Assembly (NCBI GenBank): GCA_030704615.1 | Contig: CM060732.1 | Location: 38,564,001-38,628,000, forward strand | Length of the DNA: 64,000 nucleotides | Direction of reading: 5' to 3' | Origin: Takakia lepidozioides | Lineage: Eukaryota; Plantae; Bryophyta | Part shown: positions 36,935 to 50,424 of the stretch, in pieces | Numbering within the stretch: the stretch's first letter is position 1 | How the letters are laid out: each line of letters begins with the position of its first letter | The notes under the pieces: generated by a model | Seen by the model: the letters and a program-made list of their open reading frames with translations, nothing else | What the model was told of the DNA's origin: nothing | The model's database searches: none | Made by a program: the position numbers and the translations under genes

Positions 36935-37420
36935 TACTCCGGCTCCATCCCTTAAGAAAAAAAAAGAAAGGAAAAACTCAGTAACTGTTGGCCCTTGCCA
37001 GTGGATATATCATGTCTCTTTCTTCATGCTTTTACCAAAGAAAACAAAAGGGAAAAAAATTGTGGGGGTGAAGCGGCAACTTGCCCCATCATTTCATGCT
37101 TTTCCTTCTTAGGTATCCTCCTTTTGAACTCACGAGTGGGTGCTCCGGCCACACAGACTTGTGTGTTGATACCATTGGCTGACTCCGTTTTTCTCCGCAC
37201 CGTTGGATCATAAGTGCCCCAGTGGGCTGGATGGAAGATCACAAAGGCTCACAGCGGAGCAGGGAGCAGGGTGGGGAGTGGTTAAGAAGGGTGTGGGGGA
37301 GATTTGACAGGCATGAGGCCGTTTGAAAAGCATGATTCCGTTTACTGCGTCCTTGGGTTACATTTGAATTCCAATTGTGGAGAGCTGTAGATGGAGACGG
37401 GGAGGGAGATGGGGGAGCTG

Positions 37421-37691
37421 TGATGTGGACAGGAGTGGAGCAGTGTGGTGTGGCGGGGCTGTTCTTGTGGTGGCTGCGCATTGGAATCATCCCCGGAGCT
37501 TCGATGTGGACAGGACGGGAGCAGTGTGGCGGGGCTGTTCTTGTGGTGGCTGCGCATTGGAATCATCCCCGGAGCTTCGATGTGGACAGGACTGGAGCAG
37601 TGTGGCGGGGCTGTTCTTGTGGTGGCTGCGCATTGGAATCATCCCCGGAGCTTCGATGTGGACAGGACTGGAGCAGTGTGGCGGGGCTGTT
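37421..37691 (+). repeat. 76-bp minisatellite, about 3.5 copies, upstream of the SDR gene
   Basis: gatgtggacagga..ggagcagtgtggcggggctgttcttgtggtggctgcgcattggaatcatccccggagcttc at ~37422, 37503, 37579 and 37655. Confidence 0.95.
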
Positions 37692-38077
37692 GTTGCATAG
37701 AAATAGGATGCAACACTGGCACTCTTCGCTCAAATTGCTCTCATGCTTTTAGTGCCGTGATTTCTCTCTGGGCATGCTTCTGGGTCCGGATCTGGAGAGG
37801 GTCATGCTGTTGGTGCCCACGTCGTACTCTGTTGTTGTCCCCTCCCCACCCTTCCCCCGCCTCTGAGATCTGTGCGTAAACGTTTGGAGTATTTCTGGTG
37901 GATGAATTGTCAGAGAGAAGCTAGGTTGCTATGGTGATATGGTGTTTGCTTGATAGAAGTTGGGATTCGGGAATTTTGTGTGAATCGACCATTTTACTGT
38001 TTGGCTCATCACCCCTCTACCCATCCATCGACATTTCTAAGGAAAGAGAGAGAGACAGAGATCTCTGAGGGGAAGCT

Positions 38078-39143
38078 ATGGTGAAGGATTTGAGACCAGT
38101 AGTTGTGGTCACGGGTTGTTCTTATGGAGGCATTGGCTATGAAATGAGCCGCTTCTTTGCAGAGTCTGGCTGCCGGGTTTTTTCTTCAGATGTGAAGCCC
38201 ATGGTAGAAATGTTGGAGCTCGAAACTCGGGGGATCGATATCGCCTACATGGATGTGTCTTCTGAGGAGTCTGTAAATGAAGGCATTGAGAATATCATCC
38301 GAAAAGCAGGGCGGATCGACATTCTTGTCAACAATGCTGGAGTTCCTTGCAGTGGCCCCCTGGCCGAAGTTGCTCTTTCGGACGTTCGTCGGGCCTTCAA
38401 TGTCAACGTGTTGGGCACGTTGGCACTCATCCAAGCAGTAGTGCCGCACATGGTACTCCAGGTATGATGATTGCTTGTCGATTTCAAGAGTTGTTGCATG
38501 TTAATGGCGATGAAGAGGGGTTACATGGGGAAATTACAAGGGAACTAATGGTGAACTACATCTGTCGGTTGGCCAAAATCCTTGGGGGTTGCCTGTCACA
38601 GTTCTTCATTGATCATGCTTACTTCACAATGTGGCTCTGATTTGCTAAACCAGGATCCTTTTTCCATTTCAGGGTGGTGGCAAGATAGTCAACGTTGGCA
38701 GTGTGCTGGGCTTGGTTCCTTGTGCCTGGGAAGGCGCTTACGCAGCCACCAAGACTTCCGTTCATGCCATATCAGATGTCTTGCGCATAGAGTTGCAGCC
38801 CTTTGATATCAAGGTTGTGACCTTGACGCCTGGAGCTATTCGATCCAACATTACTGGCACATCCCAGCACGCCGTACGAGCCGGAACTTGGCGTCTCTAT
38901 CCTGGGTTCGTAGAGGCCTTTGATTTTCTTGTGGGTGTGGTCATGAACCCAAAGGCAGCGGTTACACCTGAAGACTATGCGCGGAAGGTAGTTGAGGTGG
39001 TCTTACAAGAGACTCCACCGCGCCGGTCTTTTGTCATTCCTTACTGGAGGTATAACGTTTTGCAGTGGCTGCCGTTATGGCTTCGTGATTGGCTGCTGTT
39101 CAAACATGCTCATATGCACCTGGCATTGAAGCGGAAAGATTGA
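38078..39143 (+). CDS. Classical short-chain dehydrogenase/reductase (AYR1-like group), 284 aa, exons 38078-38461 and 38673-39143
   Basis: TGCSYGGIG, DILVNNAG, IVNVGS and YAATK motifs. The GT-AG intron 38462-38672 keeps the frame. Confidence 0.92.
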
Positions 39144-40179
39144 AGAAGAGGATAGAGTGGAACTTCAAACTGAGATTTCAGGTTGGCTTCCACCTTCTTG
39201 AGATTCATTTAGGTCTCGAAACCTTCAATGTATTGCCCTTATCAATGTAGGAGATCTGGATCCTTGTTGGATTGGTGTTGTGCTTAGAGTAAGTTCTAAT
39301 GTTGTTCTTCCTGGCAGTAGCAGGAGGGAACATGAAGATACGTTACTTTCAAGATGTAAGTATGATGCTTTGGAGATAGAGAACGTGCTTTCCAGCCACT
39401 TACCGACTTTCAAACGATTTTTGCAATCCCTGAGAAGACGGGAGTTCTCTATTCTTCAAGCTCGTGTAAGATTGACAAACGCGAGTGTTGATCAAACAGG
39501 ATTTTTTCAATTACACCTTTACTTGTTTGTGACCTGCTCAAGGCTCTGGAGTGTGTGCAACAATTGCATGGTTAACTCCTAGTTTCAATCTTTCCAAGAC
39601 ACTGGGGAAGATGCCATTTGGAGCAGAACACCTAATAATATTTCTACATATTCAAGTTGATCATACATTCATGTGTGAGCTGCATTTTACATTACATTCG
39701 TGGTGATGGTCTGCAACTTGGTAGGTTCAGCTCTCTGCACTTTGTGGGGCACCTTCAAATATAAAAAAGAGCTGTCTAAATTTCTGTGAGCTGAGTGAAT
39801 GAGTCCTTTGGTATCAGACTCAACCATATGAACGTGACCCATATCCAATGTTGGCTTGGGCCACCAAGTAAAGATTGTCTGGTTATACTCTACAAGTACA
39901 GTACTAGTTGCCTCTCTTACTAGACCCCTGTCCCCCTAGAGTCCTGCAATGTGAAGGCATCTGAAGTTAATTTCAGAACATGTTCCAGCTTGCAATTGAG
40001 CCTGCAAAAGCTAATGGCATATTTTAGTGGACATACTATCCAATCTGTGCAGCTTTTGGATCAGGGAGTTGGGTCACTTAAACGCCTGTCTTAAACACTC
40101 ATCTGAAAGGCTCTCCGCCTCTTGTGACAATCGCTGTCTATTCTCCTTTGTGGATGGCATGTCTCAGACACATTTGTCA

Positions 40180-42639
40180 TCAGACCAGCTGCAAACCAGC
40201 CCGCTTGACACATCTTTGCTCCATCAATTCGAACACCTTTGCTTCATCGTCCCATCTGCCAGCTGCGGCATAGATGTTTGACAGTAGCACATAAGCTTCT
40301 GGGTACTGTGGATCCCATTCGAGAATGAATTTTGCAGCACGCTCTGCTAGCTCCACATTACCATGAATTCCGCAGGCACCAAGCAAAGCTCCCCACACTG
40401 AAACATCTGGTTTGATTGGCATTTTATTAATGAAATTCTCTGCCTCATCCAATCTCCCTGCACGGCCAAGAAGGTCCACCATGCAGCCAAAATGCTCCAC
40501 TGTAGGTATCAGGCCATAATCATAACTCATGGTATTGAAGTAGTGACAACCTTCATCCACTAGGCCTACATGCCTACATGCAGAGAGAAGAGATATGAAC
40601 GTGCTACCATTGGGAGTCAAGCCTTCCCATTGCATTTGTCCAAATAGTTGGAGGGCCTTCCTACCACACCCATGCTGAGCATATCCTGCAATCATAGCAT
40701 TCCCAGAGATGACATCTCGCTCAGCCATATTCTGGAATATTTGGTGGGCGCTCTCCATACTACCACATTTCGCGTACATGTCAACCAAGGCAGTATCCAA
40801 CATCATATCTGGCGTAATTCCACTTTCGATGATGTCCACATGGACCTTCTTACCCTTCTCCAGGACTCCTAGACCAGCACATGCTTTCACAGCACAAATA
40901 AATGTCACTGTGTTTGGCACCACCCCCTCCAGTAGCATATGCTTGTAACTACGCAAAGCCTCCCTATCATAACCATGCTGAGTACATCCTGCAATCATTG
41001 CACTCCATGAGACCACATCTCGCTTTGCCATATTAATGAAAACTTGATGTGCATCGCCAATACTTCCACATTTGGCATACATGTCAACAAGAGTGGTCTC
41101 CAAATTAATATCTGAAGCAATTCCAGCTTTGATAATGTCAGCATGGACCTGCTTGCCCTTTTCCAAGGCTCCTTGGCTAGCACATGCATTGAGAATGCAA
41201 ACAAATGTGACCTTATTAGGTGTCACTCCTTCGCGTTGCATTTGTTCATAGATTTTAAAAGCCTCTGTTCCAAGTCTGTGCTGGGCATATCCTGAGATCA
41301 TCGCACTCCATGAGACCACATTCCGTTTGGCCATATTGTCAAACACTTGATATGCATCCTTTATGCTCCCACATTTGGCATACATGTCAACAAGAGCAGT
41401 CTCCAATATAACCTCGGGGGCAATTGCAGCATTGATGATGTCGCCGTGGACCTGCTTGCCCTTTCCCAGATCTCCTAGGCCACCACATGCCTTGAGAACG
41501 CAAACAAATGTCACCCTGTTGGGCGCCCATCCTTCCAGTTGCATTTGCTCATAGATTTTGAAAGCTTCCTGACTACACCCACACTGGGTATATCCTGCAA
41601 TCATGGCATTCCATGAAACCACATCTCTTTTGGCCATGTTCTTGAAGACGTGATGTGCATCCTCTATGCTCCCACATTTGGCATACATATCAACAAGGGT
41701 ATTGTCTAAATTGATATACGGCATAATTCCAGCTTTGACGATGTCAGCATGAACTTCCTTTCCTTTTTCCAGGGCTCCTAGCCTGGCACATGCATTGAGA
41801 ATGCAAATGAAGGTCACCATATTAGGCATCATACCTTCCCGTTGCATTTTCTCATAGATTTCAAAAGCCTCCCTACCACACCCATGCTGAGCATATCCTG
41901 CAATCATCACACTCCATGAAACTACACTTTTTTTAGCCATATTGTCAAATACTTGACGTGCGTCCTGTATGCTCCCGCATTTGGCATACATATCAACAAG
42001 GGTAGTTTCCAAAATAACACCTAAGGAAATACCAGATTTTATGATGTGAGCATGAACCTGCTTGCCCTTTTCCAGGGCACCTATGCTGGCACACACACTG
42101 AGAATACACAAGTACATGACCCTGTCGGGCATCACCCCTTCCAACTGCAATCCCTCATAGATTTTGAAAGCCTCCTTAACTTGCCCGTGCTTAGCATATC
42201 CTGCCATCATCAAGGTCCAAGTGAACATGTCTCGCTCAGGCATTGCATCAAACACTTGGCGTGCATCCACCACACTCCTGCACTTGCTGTACATGTTGAT
42301 TAGGGTATTTAGTAGAAACATGTCTGGCTTGAATCCACTTTGGATAATGTGAGCATGCACCTGCTTTCCTTGTGCTAGGTCTCTCTTCTTGATGCACTCC
42401 TGCAAGAGAGAGACATAATTATTCGAGTCTGCACAAGTGCCTCTTTGGTTCAAAAATCGCGATGCCTCTTCCACTCGTCCTCCCTTACTTCGTGTTCCTA
42501 GATCCCTGTGAATGTCAGAAGAGCTCTTGTTGACTCCCTCTCTTGGTACTCTATCCAAAGTGGCAGTGATGGTGGAGGTGCTATCCTTGCCGGCAGTCTG
42601 ATGTCCAACAAACAATTGTGCCTGATTCAGAGCTACCAT
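40180..42639 (-). CDS. PLS-class PPR protein with E domains and no DYW (819 aa)
   Basis: Regular P-L-S triplets ([10 protein letters not shown], VVSWxAMI); [13 protein letters not shown] and [10 protein letters not shown]; frame lost at the PG box. Confidence 0.93.
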   Translation of the reverse strand: MVALNQAQLFVGHQTAGKDSTSTITATLDRVPREGVNKSSSDIHRDLGTRSKGGRVEEASRFLNQRGTCADSNNYVSLLQECIKKRDLAQGKQVHAHIIQSGFKPDMFLLNTLINMYSKCRSVVDARQVFDAMPERDMFTWTLMMAGYAKHGQVKEAFKIYEGLQLEGVMPDRVMYLCILSVCASIGALEKGKQVHAHIIKSGISLGVILETTLVDMYAKCGSIQDARQVFDNMAKKSVVSWSVMIAGYAQHGCGREAFEIYEKMQREGMMPNMVTFICILNACARLGALEKGKEVHADIVKAGIMPYINLDNTLVDMYAKCGSIEDAHHVFKNMAKRDVVSWNAMIAGYTQCGCSQEAFKIYEQMQLEGWAPNRVTFVCVLKACGGLGDLGKGKQVHGDIINAAIAPEVILETALVDMYAKCGSIKDAYQVFDNMAKRNVVSWSAMISGYAQHRLGTEAFKIYEQMQREGVTPNKVTFVCILNACASQGALEKGKQVHADIIKAGIASDINLETTLVDMYAKCGSIGDAHQVFINMAKRDVVSWSAMIAGCTQHGYDREALRSYKHMLLEGVVPNTVTFICAVKACAGLGVLEKGKKVHVDIIESGITPDMMLDTALVDMYAKCGSMESAHQIFQNMAERDVISGNAMIAGYAQHGCGRKALQLFGQMQWEGLTPNGSTFISLLSACRHVGLVDEGCHYFNTMSYDYGLIPTVEHFGCMVDLLGRAGRLDEAENFINKMPIKPDVSVWGALLGACGIHGNVELAERAAKFILEWDPQYPEAYVLLSNIYAAAGRWDDEAKVFELMEQRCVKRAGLQLV

Positions 42640-45029
42640 CCTGCATGAGTCAAAACTCTGAATAAGAAATATTTGAACTAAAACTCAAATAAGGTTTCCC
42701 AAAGCTACTACAAACTTTGAAAGACATCCCTTCATGCAGAAACCTTTTTCCTGCATACGGAGAAGGTTATATTACTGCAGCACAATGATGAAATGAACCT
42801 ATTGTAGTATCCCTGGTGTAGATCGACATGAAAACCTTCACAAGATTGTGCCTGATCTTGTATCATGGATGCTAACTCTGCATTCACCCAGTGGGGATTC
42901 AACCAACTCTCAACACAAAGCACCTCCTTTGTGCCTTTATGTCTTAAGTCTGGGGATGTTGGATTTGTCTGACATGAAAACCACAAGTGGACAGCTAGTA
43001 AGCAGTTGCAGCTTGAAGCATAGACCAGACTACAACAACCAAAGCTCCAAATCATCTTTCGAATAGCAAAAACCTTGAACAGCCTATTCACATGCCCTGC
43101 TATCAAGGAAGGGCAACCTATTGACACCATCAGTAAGAACAACTTTTGCTGCTCATGCACAAGCGCATATACAATGGAGTCAATAAAACATCGTAATGCC
43201 CCTTCAGACCCCACCATCAAATGCGCTAAATGAAAAATGCCTCACCATCCCAAACCTGTTTTCCAACCAGTGTGAAGGTTCTGAGAGGAACTCCTGCATG
43301 TATGCTTGTCCTGCATGCCAGAAGTGCCAGAACAAATCCTGTAAGTTTTTATTGCCTCAGTTTCAACTGACTCCTGGTGGTGTAAATTTGAATAATCATA
43401 TTTTTGCAAGTTGACCTGAGCTTTTTTCCTGATGTACAAAACAAATAGACAACATACCAAAAATTATGGATGTTGCAGACGATACCGAAAGAGTTTGTGG
43501 TGCACAAGGCTGTCCTTGAAGCCAAGCTGATTGTGGGTTGCATGCGCATGCCTCCACAGCCCTTATTTGACGACACTCGGTGCTTCGACCATGATCTGCA
43601 ATCCAACTAGCATCTAGATGCCCATCTTGAAACTTCAGTGGAGCTCCAAATGCCACAGTACAATCACAGGCATAAAGTGATATCCATCCACCATTGCACT
43701 GTGCTTGACCTTGTGTCATGGCAGCTAGCTCTGTTTTCACCCAAGGGGGGTGTGACCATGTTTCAATCCAAAAGACCTTGTTTGTGCTCCTATCCCTGAA
43801 GCCTCGTGCTCTTGGATTTGTCTGTGAAAACCCACCAGTGCACATCTGAGCAGTCATAGCTTTAACCACGGCTTCATATTGATCAGGCTACATGTCCACA
43901 ATCATCTCTTCAAACTTCAAGCAAACCAAACTTCAAGCAAACCAACAACAAGAGCAACAGAAATAGCTATCAATACTTGGAGCTGAAAAACATCCTGCCA
44001 GCGTCAGTAAGAAACATGCAGGTCTTTTTTTCTACTGTAAAAATGATTGGGGAAATATGAATAAACCTCACCTTATCCCCCTGTTCTCCCACCCATGCCG
44101 AAGGATCTACTATGGACTCCCGCCACCATAGTCCTTCCGTGCTTACTGCTTCGCCTGCAAGCAGATACCACTAAAACAGGTATCTTCAGCAGCTTTTACC
44201 TACCAGAATCCAGAGTCTTCTGGACTAATGCTATTGGAGGCTTTCCACAAACTCTCTCCCTCTCTCGCTCTCACTCAGACAATCGTGGCTCTACACCTCT
44301 CCAGGGACAACAACAGTATGTTCACATCGGTGGTAATTCGAGTGCTACGTTAACGAGTGAGCTCACATTGCAAGCTGACCTTCAGAGGACTTCCGATAGC
44401 TATGTGCGAGCACTGTATAAATGCTACAACCTGGTGGTCGTTTCCCCGAAAACAGAGTATCCCGGATGGAGAAAGGCCGCTAGCTAGCTCTGTACGAACC
44501 TCCTCTTCCTCAGTCAAGCAGTTGAAGAAAGACATAGACTAGAAGTGTCATATATGACATGATATATTGAAGGGGCTACGGAGAACCACAATTGCGACGA
44601 TTATACTCACTTTCGACTACTGCCCTTGAAGGATCATGCTGTGAACTTGCTCGAACAAAACCGGTAGAGTGTCTTTTGGTATGTGTCCAGGACAATTTAA
44701 AGCAGGGGTTGATCCGGCGCAAGGAAATAAGAGATACCCAAAAGCACGAATACACTTTCATGTCTGCAAGGCTTGGTTCCCCGGAAGGCCCCATTTCAGC
44801 CAGTACTTGCAGGTATCTCGGGGTCAGCATGCCGAAGGTGGCTGCACAGACCCATCAATGACCCATCAATCTGCTCGTAATGATGCATGCTGACAGCAAC
44901 GTCAGGATAAACCCTCGAGTGTGGGCTCTCCCTGCTCAGCGGCGCAGCAGGCTGCCATTGTCCCTGTCCTGAGAAGCAGGTTCTTGAAGGAGTTTGCACA
45001 ACCCACCTGCGAGCTTTCATCCCTTACAC

Positions 45030-45367
45030 TAGAGTTATCCGTAAAGTGAGCCTGAGTTTGGTACCCTGTTTGGACCCGAGTTACGGGTTTCATCCTGAGT
45101 TTGAGTGAATTCGTAAAGTGCAGAAAACTGAGCACGAAGTCAGAAAAGAGGGCACCAAATCATAAATTGGGGATGAGGGCCTCCGCGTCGACGACTAACA
45201 AAACTCGGCACCAAACTCCTGCCACCCCCATTTTCCTAGTCCTGGCAGTTTGGTCCCGTGTTTTTTTCTAGTCGTACCGCTTGATCATGAGTTTCGAGTT
45301 TCATACCGAGTTTTGGCCAAACTGAGGGTTCTCATGCCGAGTTTGGGACCCTTTACGGATATCTCTA
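45030..45367. mobile_element. hAT-like MITE with 17-bp TIRs
   Basis: tagagttatccgtaaag / ctttacggatatctcta (1 mismatch), with internal (c)gagttt repeats. TSD not evident. Confidence 0.7.
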
Positions 45368-46699
45368 CTATAACCTCTTCAATCCTGGCCTGTCATCCCT
45401 TCCTCATCCTCTTCTCATCGAGAGGATCCGGTTTGAAGTTTGAAACCTGCTGACCCGCTTCAAGCTTCAAACAACCACGCAACCCGCAGAAAACCAAGTC
45501 CTACTGCAGTTACGTCTTCCCAGGGTAGGGATGGCTGGTCCCGCGTTTTACCGTCCTACTTTCTTCATTCATGCAAGCTTCCACACCATACCCACACTGG
45601 GCATATCCTGAGATCATGGTGTTCCATCTCTTTCAGCCAGATTGTTAAACACTTGACGAGCATGCACAGTAAACTATTACCCGCATGTTTGTTGTGAAGT
45701 GAGTCAGGAGAGGAAGCGGTTGAAGTGGAGTCATGGGGTTTCTGACGACCTTTGTAGTCTGAAGTTGGAATCTAGGAAGATCAGCTCCGATTGAATGGAA
45801 GAGTGCAAGTGGGGGATCCGTGAAGGTGATAAGTTTCTATCCATAACCCCTCAAAGATGTTTGCTAAAGCAGTTCCCCCATGGAGGGTGCAGGCTTGTAG
45901 TGTGTCCAGCAACTCGAAGGCATTAATCGGTGCAGCATGAGTATACTACCCAAGAGGGCCGGGACAAGAATGATGAATACAAAGGCAAAGAGGAGGTGAG
46001 CACCAAGAGAATCAGACCAGCTGAGGGCCATTTGTAAAGTCTCAGGCAGCGACCCCTAATGTACTAGCCAGTTTGGCCACTGCACTGCAGATTCATGACC
46101 CTTTTTGGCCACATCTTTGCAAAATCTTAGATCTATAGAGACCAACTGTTGAAATATGTTCCTGATTACATCCTCTATCTCCTGTCTGTAGTCACGTGGG
46201 CCGAGTGGATGAGGGGTTGACACTACTTTGATGATGACATTGGATCATGGCCTCACCCACATTGGAGCCTTGTGGCTGTATGGTGGACCTCCTAGGTCTT
46301 GTTTGAATTTAATTGCCAAAATGCCAATGAACCAAATTCTTGTGGATGGTCTCTTCTGACAAGGTTTCCAAACTACTGGAGTCATGAACTTTTGCGGTAC
46401 CATCGTGGAAGGCTCATTCCAGGCAAGTACCTACCATCTGAAGTGAACCTGCCACACCATGCAGACCACAACCTGCCACAATCCAACATCATGCATTGAT
46501 ATCTAGTTCTACCAGAAGGCCATAACTGGACAGTTTCTGTGGTCGCTAGCCTAGAGCTGAAACATATTGGGTACCAGAAGGACGTCTTTGGACATCTGTA
46601 CAGGCGGGTCGATTTGTAGTGTACAGAACAGAAGTTGCACCCTGTGCCATTAACTCCACATGGTATGAATGGCACTGAAATTCAGGTTCTGGATGCAAT

Positions 46700-46970
46700 C
46701 TACCTAGGACCACATCTTGAGTAAGAGTTTTACCAATTTGACTCAACACCCTTGCATCAGCTTGTGTCAGACTTTTGATGATGTGCATAAGTGGTCCGGG
46801 CAGCTTGTGATGAGCCAAAAGCAACGGCCTTCTTGCTGTGACTGCCAACAGAGAATGCATTGTGCTCCTCCACATATGCAATACAAAGTCTGTCTGAGCA
46901 TGTATCCAGCCTCCTCCATCTGCCCGGATAATCTCTTCAAATCAGAATTTTTGGATGCATTTTGCACCTA
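46700..46970 (-). pseudogene. Decayed DYW-domain remnant downstream of the PPR at 46984-49416
   Basis: DLKRLSGQMEEAGYM and PGPLMHIIKSL in different frames correspond to ELKRLSxxMxxxGYVP and PGxxIRxIxNxR of the intact paralogues. Confidence 0.7.
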
Positions 46971-46983
46971 CAATGATCTAAAA

Positions 46984-49416
46984 TCAGCTGGCTATGACTC
47001 CACCTCGGTCCTGCATCACTTTTGCCACCTTTGCTTTATCCTCCCACCTGCTAGCCGCAGCATAGATGTCTGACAGCAACACTCTAGCTGCAGTGTGCTC
47101 TGAATCCCACTTGATAATGCAACTTATGGCTCTTTCTGCTAGCTCTGCATCACCATGAATTCGGCAGGCACCGAGCAAGGTCCCCCACAATGATGCATCT
47201 GGTTCAATTGGCATTTTTTTGATGAAGTCTGTGGCCTCATCCAATCGCCCTGCACGGCCAAGAAGGTCCACCATGCAGCAAAAATGCTCCACTGTATGTG
47301 CAAGACCATAAGCTTGACTCATGGATTCGAAGTACTGACGACCTTCATCAACTAGGCCCACGTGGCTACATGCAAACAATAGAGATATAAAAGTAATACC
47401 ATTCGGCTTCACGCCTTCCTTCTGCATTTGCTCAAATAGTTGCAGGGCCTCCCTACCATACCCATGATGGGCACATCCTGCAATCATCGCACTCCATGAG
47501 ATTACATCTCGTTTAGCAATATTATTGAACACTTGGCGTGCATCCGCAATGCTCCCACACTTTGCATACATGTCAACAAGGGCATTTTCCAGATTAATAT
47601 ATGACATCATTCCAGCTTTGCTCATGTCATCATGGACCTCTTTGCCCTTTTCTAGGGCTCCTAGGCTCGCACATGCATTCAGTACACAAATGAATGTGAC
47701 TCTGTTGGGCGTCACCCCTTCCAGTAGCATTCGATCATAGATCTTGAGAGCTGCCCTTCCTGATCTATGCCGAGAATATCCTGCAATCATAGCATTCCAG
47801 GAGATCACATCTCGTTTAGCCATATTGTCAAATATTTGGCACGCATCCTCCATTATCCCACATTTGGCATACATATCAACCAAAGCAGTCTCCAAAACAA
47901 TATCTGATACGCTTCCAGCCTTGATGATGTCAGCATAGACCTTGTTACCCTTTTCCAGGGCTCCTTGACTGGCACAAGATTTGAGGACGCAGACAAACGT
48001 CACTGTACTGGGTCTCACCTTTTCCTCATGCATACGCTCATACAAATCAAAAGCCTCTGCACCACACTCATGCTGTGCATATCCTGCAATCATTGCAGTC
48101 CACGAGATCACATCTCTTTTTACCATATTGTTGAACACTTGACGTGCATTCTTCATGCTCCCGCACTTGGCATACATGTCAAGAAGGGTATTCTCCAGAT
48201 CAATACATGACAAAATGCCAGTCTGGATGATGTCAGCATGCACCTTCTCCCCTTTTTCCAGATCTCCTATGCTCGAACACACCTTAAGAGTGCAAATGAA
48301 TGTCACCATGTCAGGCATCACACCTTCCTGTCTCATTTGGTCATAGATCGTGAAAGCCTCATTACAACACCCACACTTGGCATATCCTGAGATCATAGCA
48401 TTCCATGAGACTACATTTCGTTTTGACATTTGGTCGAACACCTGACGTGCATCATGAATGCTCCCACATTTGGCATACATGTCAACAAGAGCAGTCTCTA
48501 AAATAACATCTGATGCAATTCCAGTTTCGAGGATGTCAGCATGGACCTGCTTACCCTTTTCCAGGTTACCTAGGCTGGAACACGCATTCAGAATGGAAAC
48601 GAAAGTCACCCTGTTGGGCATGACCCCTTCCCATTGCATTTGCTCATACATCTTAAGAGCATCACTGCTGCACCCATGTTGAGCATATCCAGTGATCATT
48701 GCACTCCATGATACCACATTTCGTTTGGCCATATTGTCAAACACTCCACGCGCATCCGTTATGCTCCCACATTTGGCGTACATGTCAACAAGGGAATTCT
48801 CTAAGTTGACATATGCCGAAATTCCAGCTTTGATGATGTCAGCATGGAGCTTTTTGCCTTTTTCCAAGACTCCTAAACTGGCACAAGCATTAAGCACGCA
48901 AATGAATGTGACCTTGTCAGGTGTCACTCCTTGCTGTTGCATTTGCTTGTATATTTTGAGAGCTTCCTCAGCATGCCCATGCTTGGCATATCCTGCAACC
49001 ATCATAGTCCATGTAAACATATCTCGCTCAGGCATGTCGTTGAACACTGGGCGTGCATCAAGTAAACTCCCGCACTTGACATACATGTTTATAAGGTTGT
49101 TGAGCAGAAAGATGTTTGGCTTAAATCCACTCAGAATAATGTGGGTGTGCACCTGCTTTCCCTCGGCTAGGCCTTTTACGTTGATGCATCCTTGTAAGAG
49201 ACTGAGATAAGTACTTGAGACTACCTGAACTCCAGGTTGCTTCAAAAGGTGGAGTGCCTCTTTCAGCCGTCCTAGCTTACATAGTGTTTGCACAATAGGG
49301 TCAGAAGAGTTTTTGTCAACTCCCTCTGCTGGTTTTCTTTCCAAAGTAGTAGTGATGGTGGACGTGCCACCACAGCCAATGGTCTCAAAAAATTGTGCCT
49401 GATTCAACCCTGCCAT
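46984..49416 (-). CDS. PLS-class PPR protein with E domains, DYW lost (810 aa)
   Basis: Intronless PLS array plus E1/E2, ending just after MQDRG. Confidence 0.93.
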   Translation of the reverse strand: MAGLNQAQFFETIGCGGTSTITTTLERKPAEGVDKNSSDPIVQTLCKLGRLKEALHLLKQPGVQVVSSTYLSLLQGCINVKGLAEGKQVHTHIILSGFKPNIFLLNNLINMYVKCGSLLDARPVFNDMPERDMFTWTMMVAGYAKHGHAEEALKIYKQMQQQGVTPDKVTFICVLNACASLGVLEKGKKLHADIIKAGISAYVNLENSLVDMYAKCGSITDARGVFDNMAKRNVVSWSAMITGYAQHGCSSDALKMYEQMQWEGVMPNRVTFVSILNACSSLGNLEKGKQVHADILETGIASDVILETALVDMYAKCGSIHDARQVFDQMSKRNVVSWNAMISGYAKCGCCNEAFTIYDQMRQEGVMPDMVTFICTLKVCSSIGDLEKGEKVHADIIQTGILSCIDLENTLLDMYAKCGSMKNARQVFNNMVKRDVISWTAMIAGYAQHECGAEAFDLYERMHEEKVRPSTVTFVCVLKSCASQGALEKGNKVYADIIKAGSVSDIVLETALVDMYAKCGIMEDACQIFDNMAKRDVISWNAMIAGYSRHRSGRAALKIYDRMLLEGVTPNRVTFICVLNACASLGALEKGKEVHDDMSKAGMMSYINLENALVDMYAKCGSIADARQVFNNIAKRDVISWSAMIAGCAHHGYGREALQLFEQMQKEGVKPNGITFISLLFACSHVGLVDEGRQYFESMSQAYGLAHTVEHFCCMVDLLGRAGRLDEATDFIKKMPIEPDASLWGTLLGACRIHGDAELAERAISCIIKWDSEHTAARVLLSDIYAAASRWEDKAKVAKVMQDRGGVIAS

Positions 49417-49881
49417 CCTGCATGACCAGAAACTCTCAAGTCATAAACCTTTAAACCTCAACCTCAAATAATAAATCTGAAAGCTACAAGACATTTCACA
49501 GAAATACCACTTCATGATTACCGGTTTCATAGAATTGACGCAGTCGTTTCCTTTGTGAATAAAATTATTGGGGTTGAAAATCATGGCACAGCAATCATTT
49601 GTATTCTCGACCTGGAACTCTATAGTGGACACTGACATTGCAGCATTTTTCAATTGATCTTGTACCAAAATAGCTATTCACAGAAAGAGATTTGACTAAC
49701 TCTCAATCCTGAGGACTTAGTATGTCTGAAGTCTGATGATGTTCGACATTTCTGTGGAAACTACAAGATTGAAGCTCAGCAGCCTACATCTTTAACAGCC
49801 AACTTATCTAGAACGCGGTACAACTCCGAAGAATTTCTCAAGACAGGCCACAAAAAACTGTTCTACAACTGTGGATTACCA

Positions 49882-49912
<31 letters not shown>

Positions 49913-50424
49913 AAGGGAGTTTTGGCATACTCCAGAGGGTGTAACACATCTGCAGACACTAGAGGGGCCACACTATATAGGGCTCAAAATCTTTGCTCTT
50001 CGTGGAAATTGCACCGAGGTTCGGTCTGAGCGAGTCGGTGATAAATCTCTCCTCATAGAGAACCTACTGAGGAGGTTCTGTCAAACACAGGGTATCCTAC
50101 ATGGGCTATCGCCACAAGCTAGCCAGGTGAATAAGTACCTCCCTATCTCAAGCAATGAATTCAGAAACATTGAAAGAGGAGGACAAGGGTGTCGATTAAA
50201 CTCACTTTTCTGCACAGTCCTTGTAATTATTCTGTGAAATCCTTCGACAAAACTTAATGTAGTTTCTGCCGGTATGGTGAGTTAAGGACAATTTGGCGCA
50301 TGCATCTCCCAAAGCACAAAATTCAGAGACCCAACGAAGTATGCAAAGATTTGCATGTTTGCAGCTTTCCTCAGTGCCCGTCCCAAACAAGGGTCTCCGA
50401 CAAGGCATTTCCAAGATGGATAGA

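Noticed and set aside
44095-45700. Possible highly decayed LINE RT around the 45030 MITE
   Set aside because: Only faint similarity; not supportable by eye.
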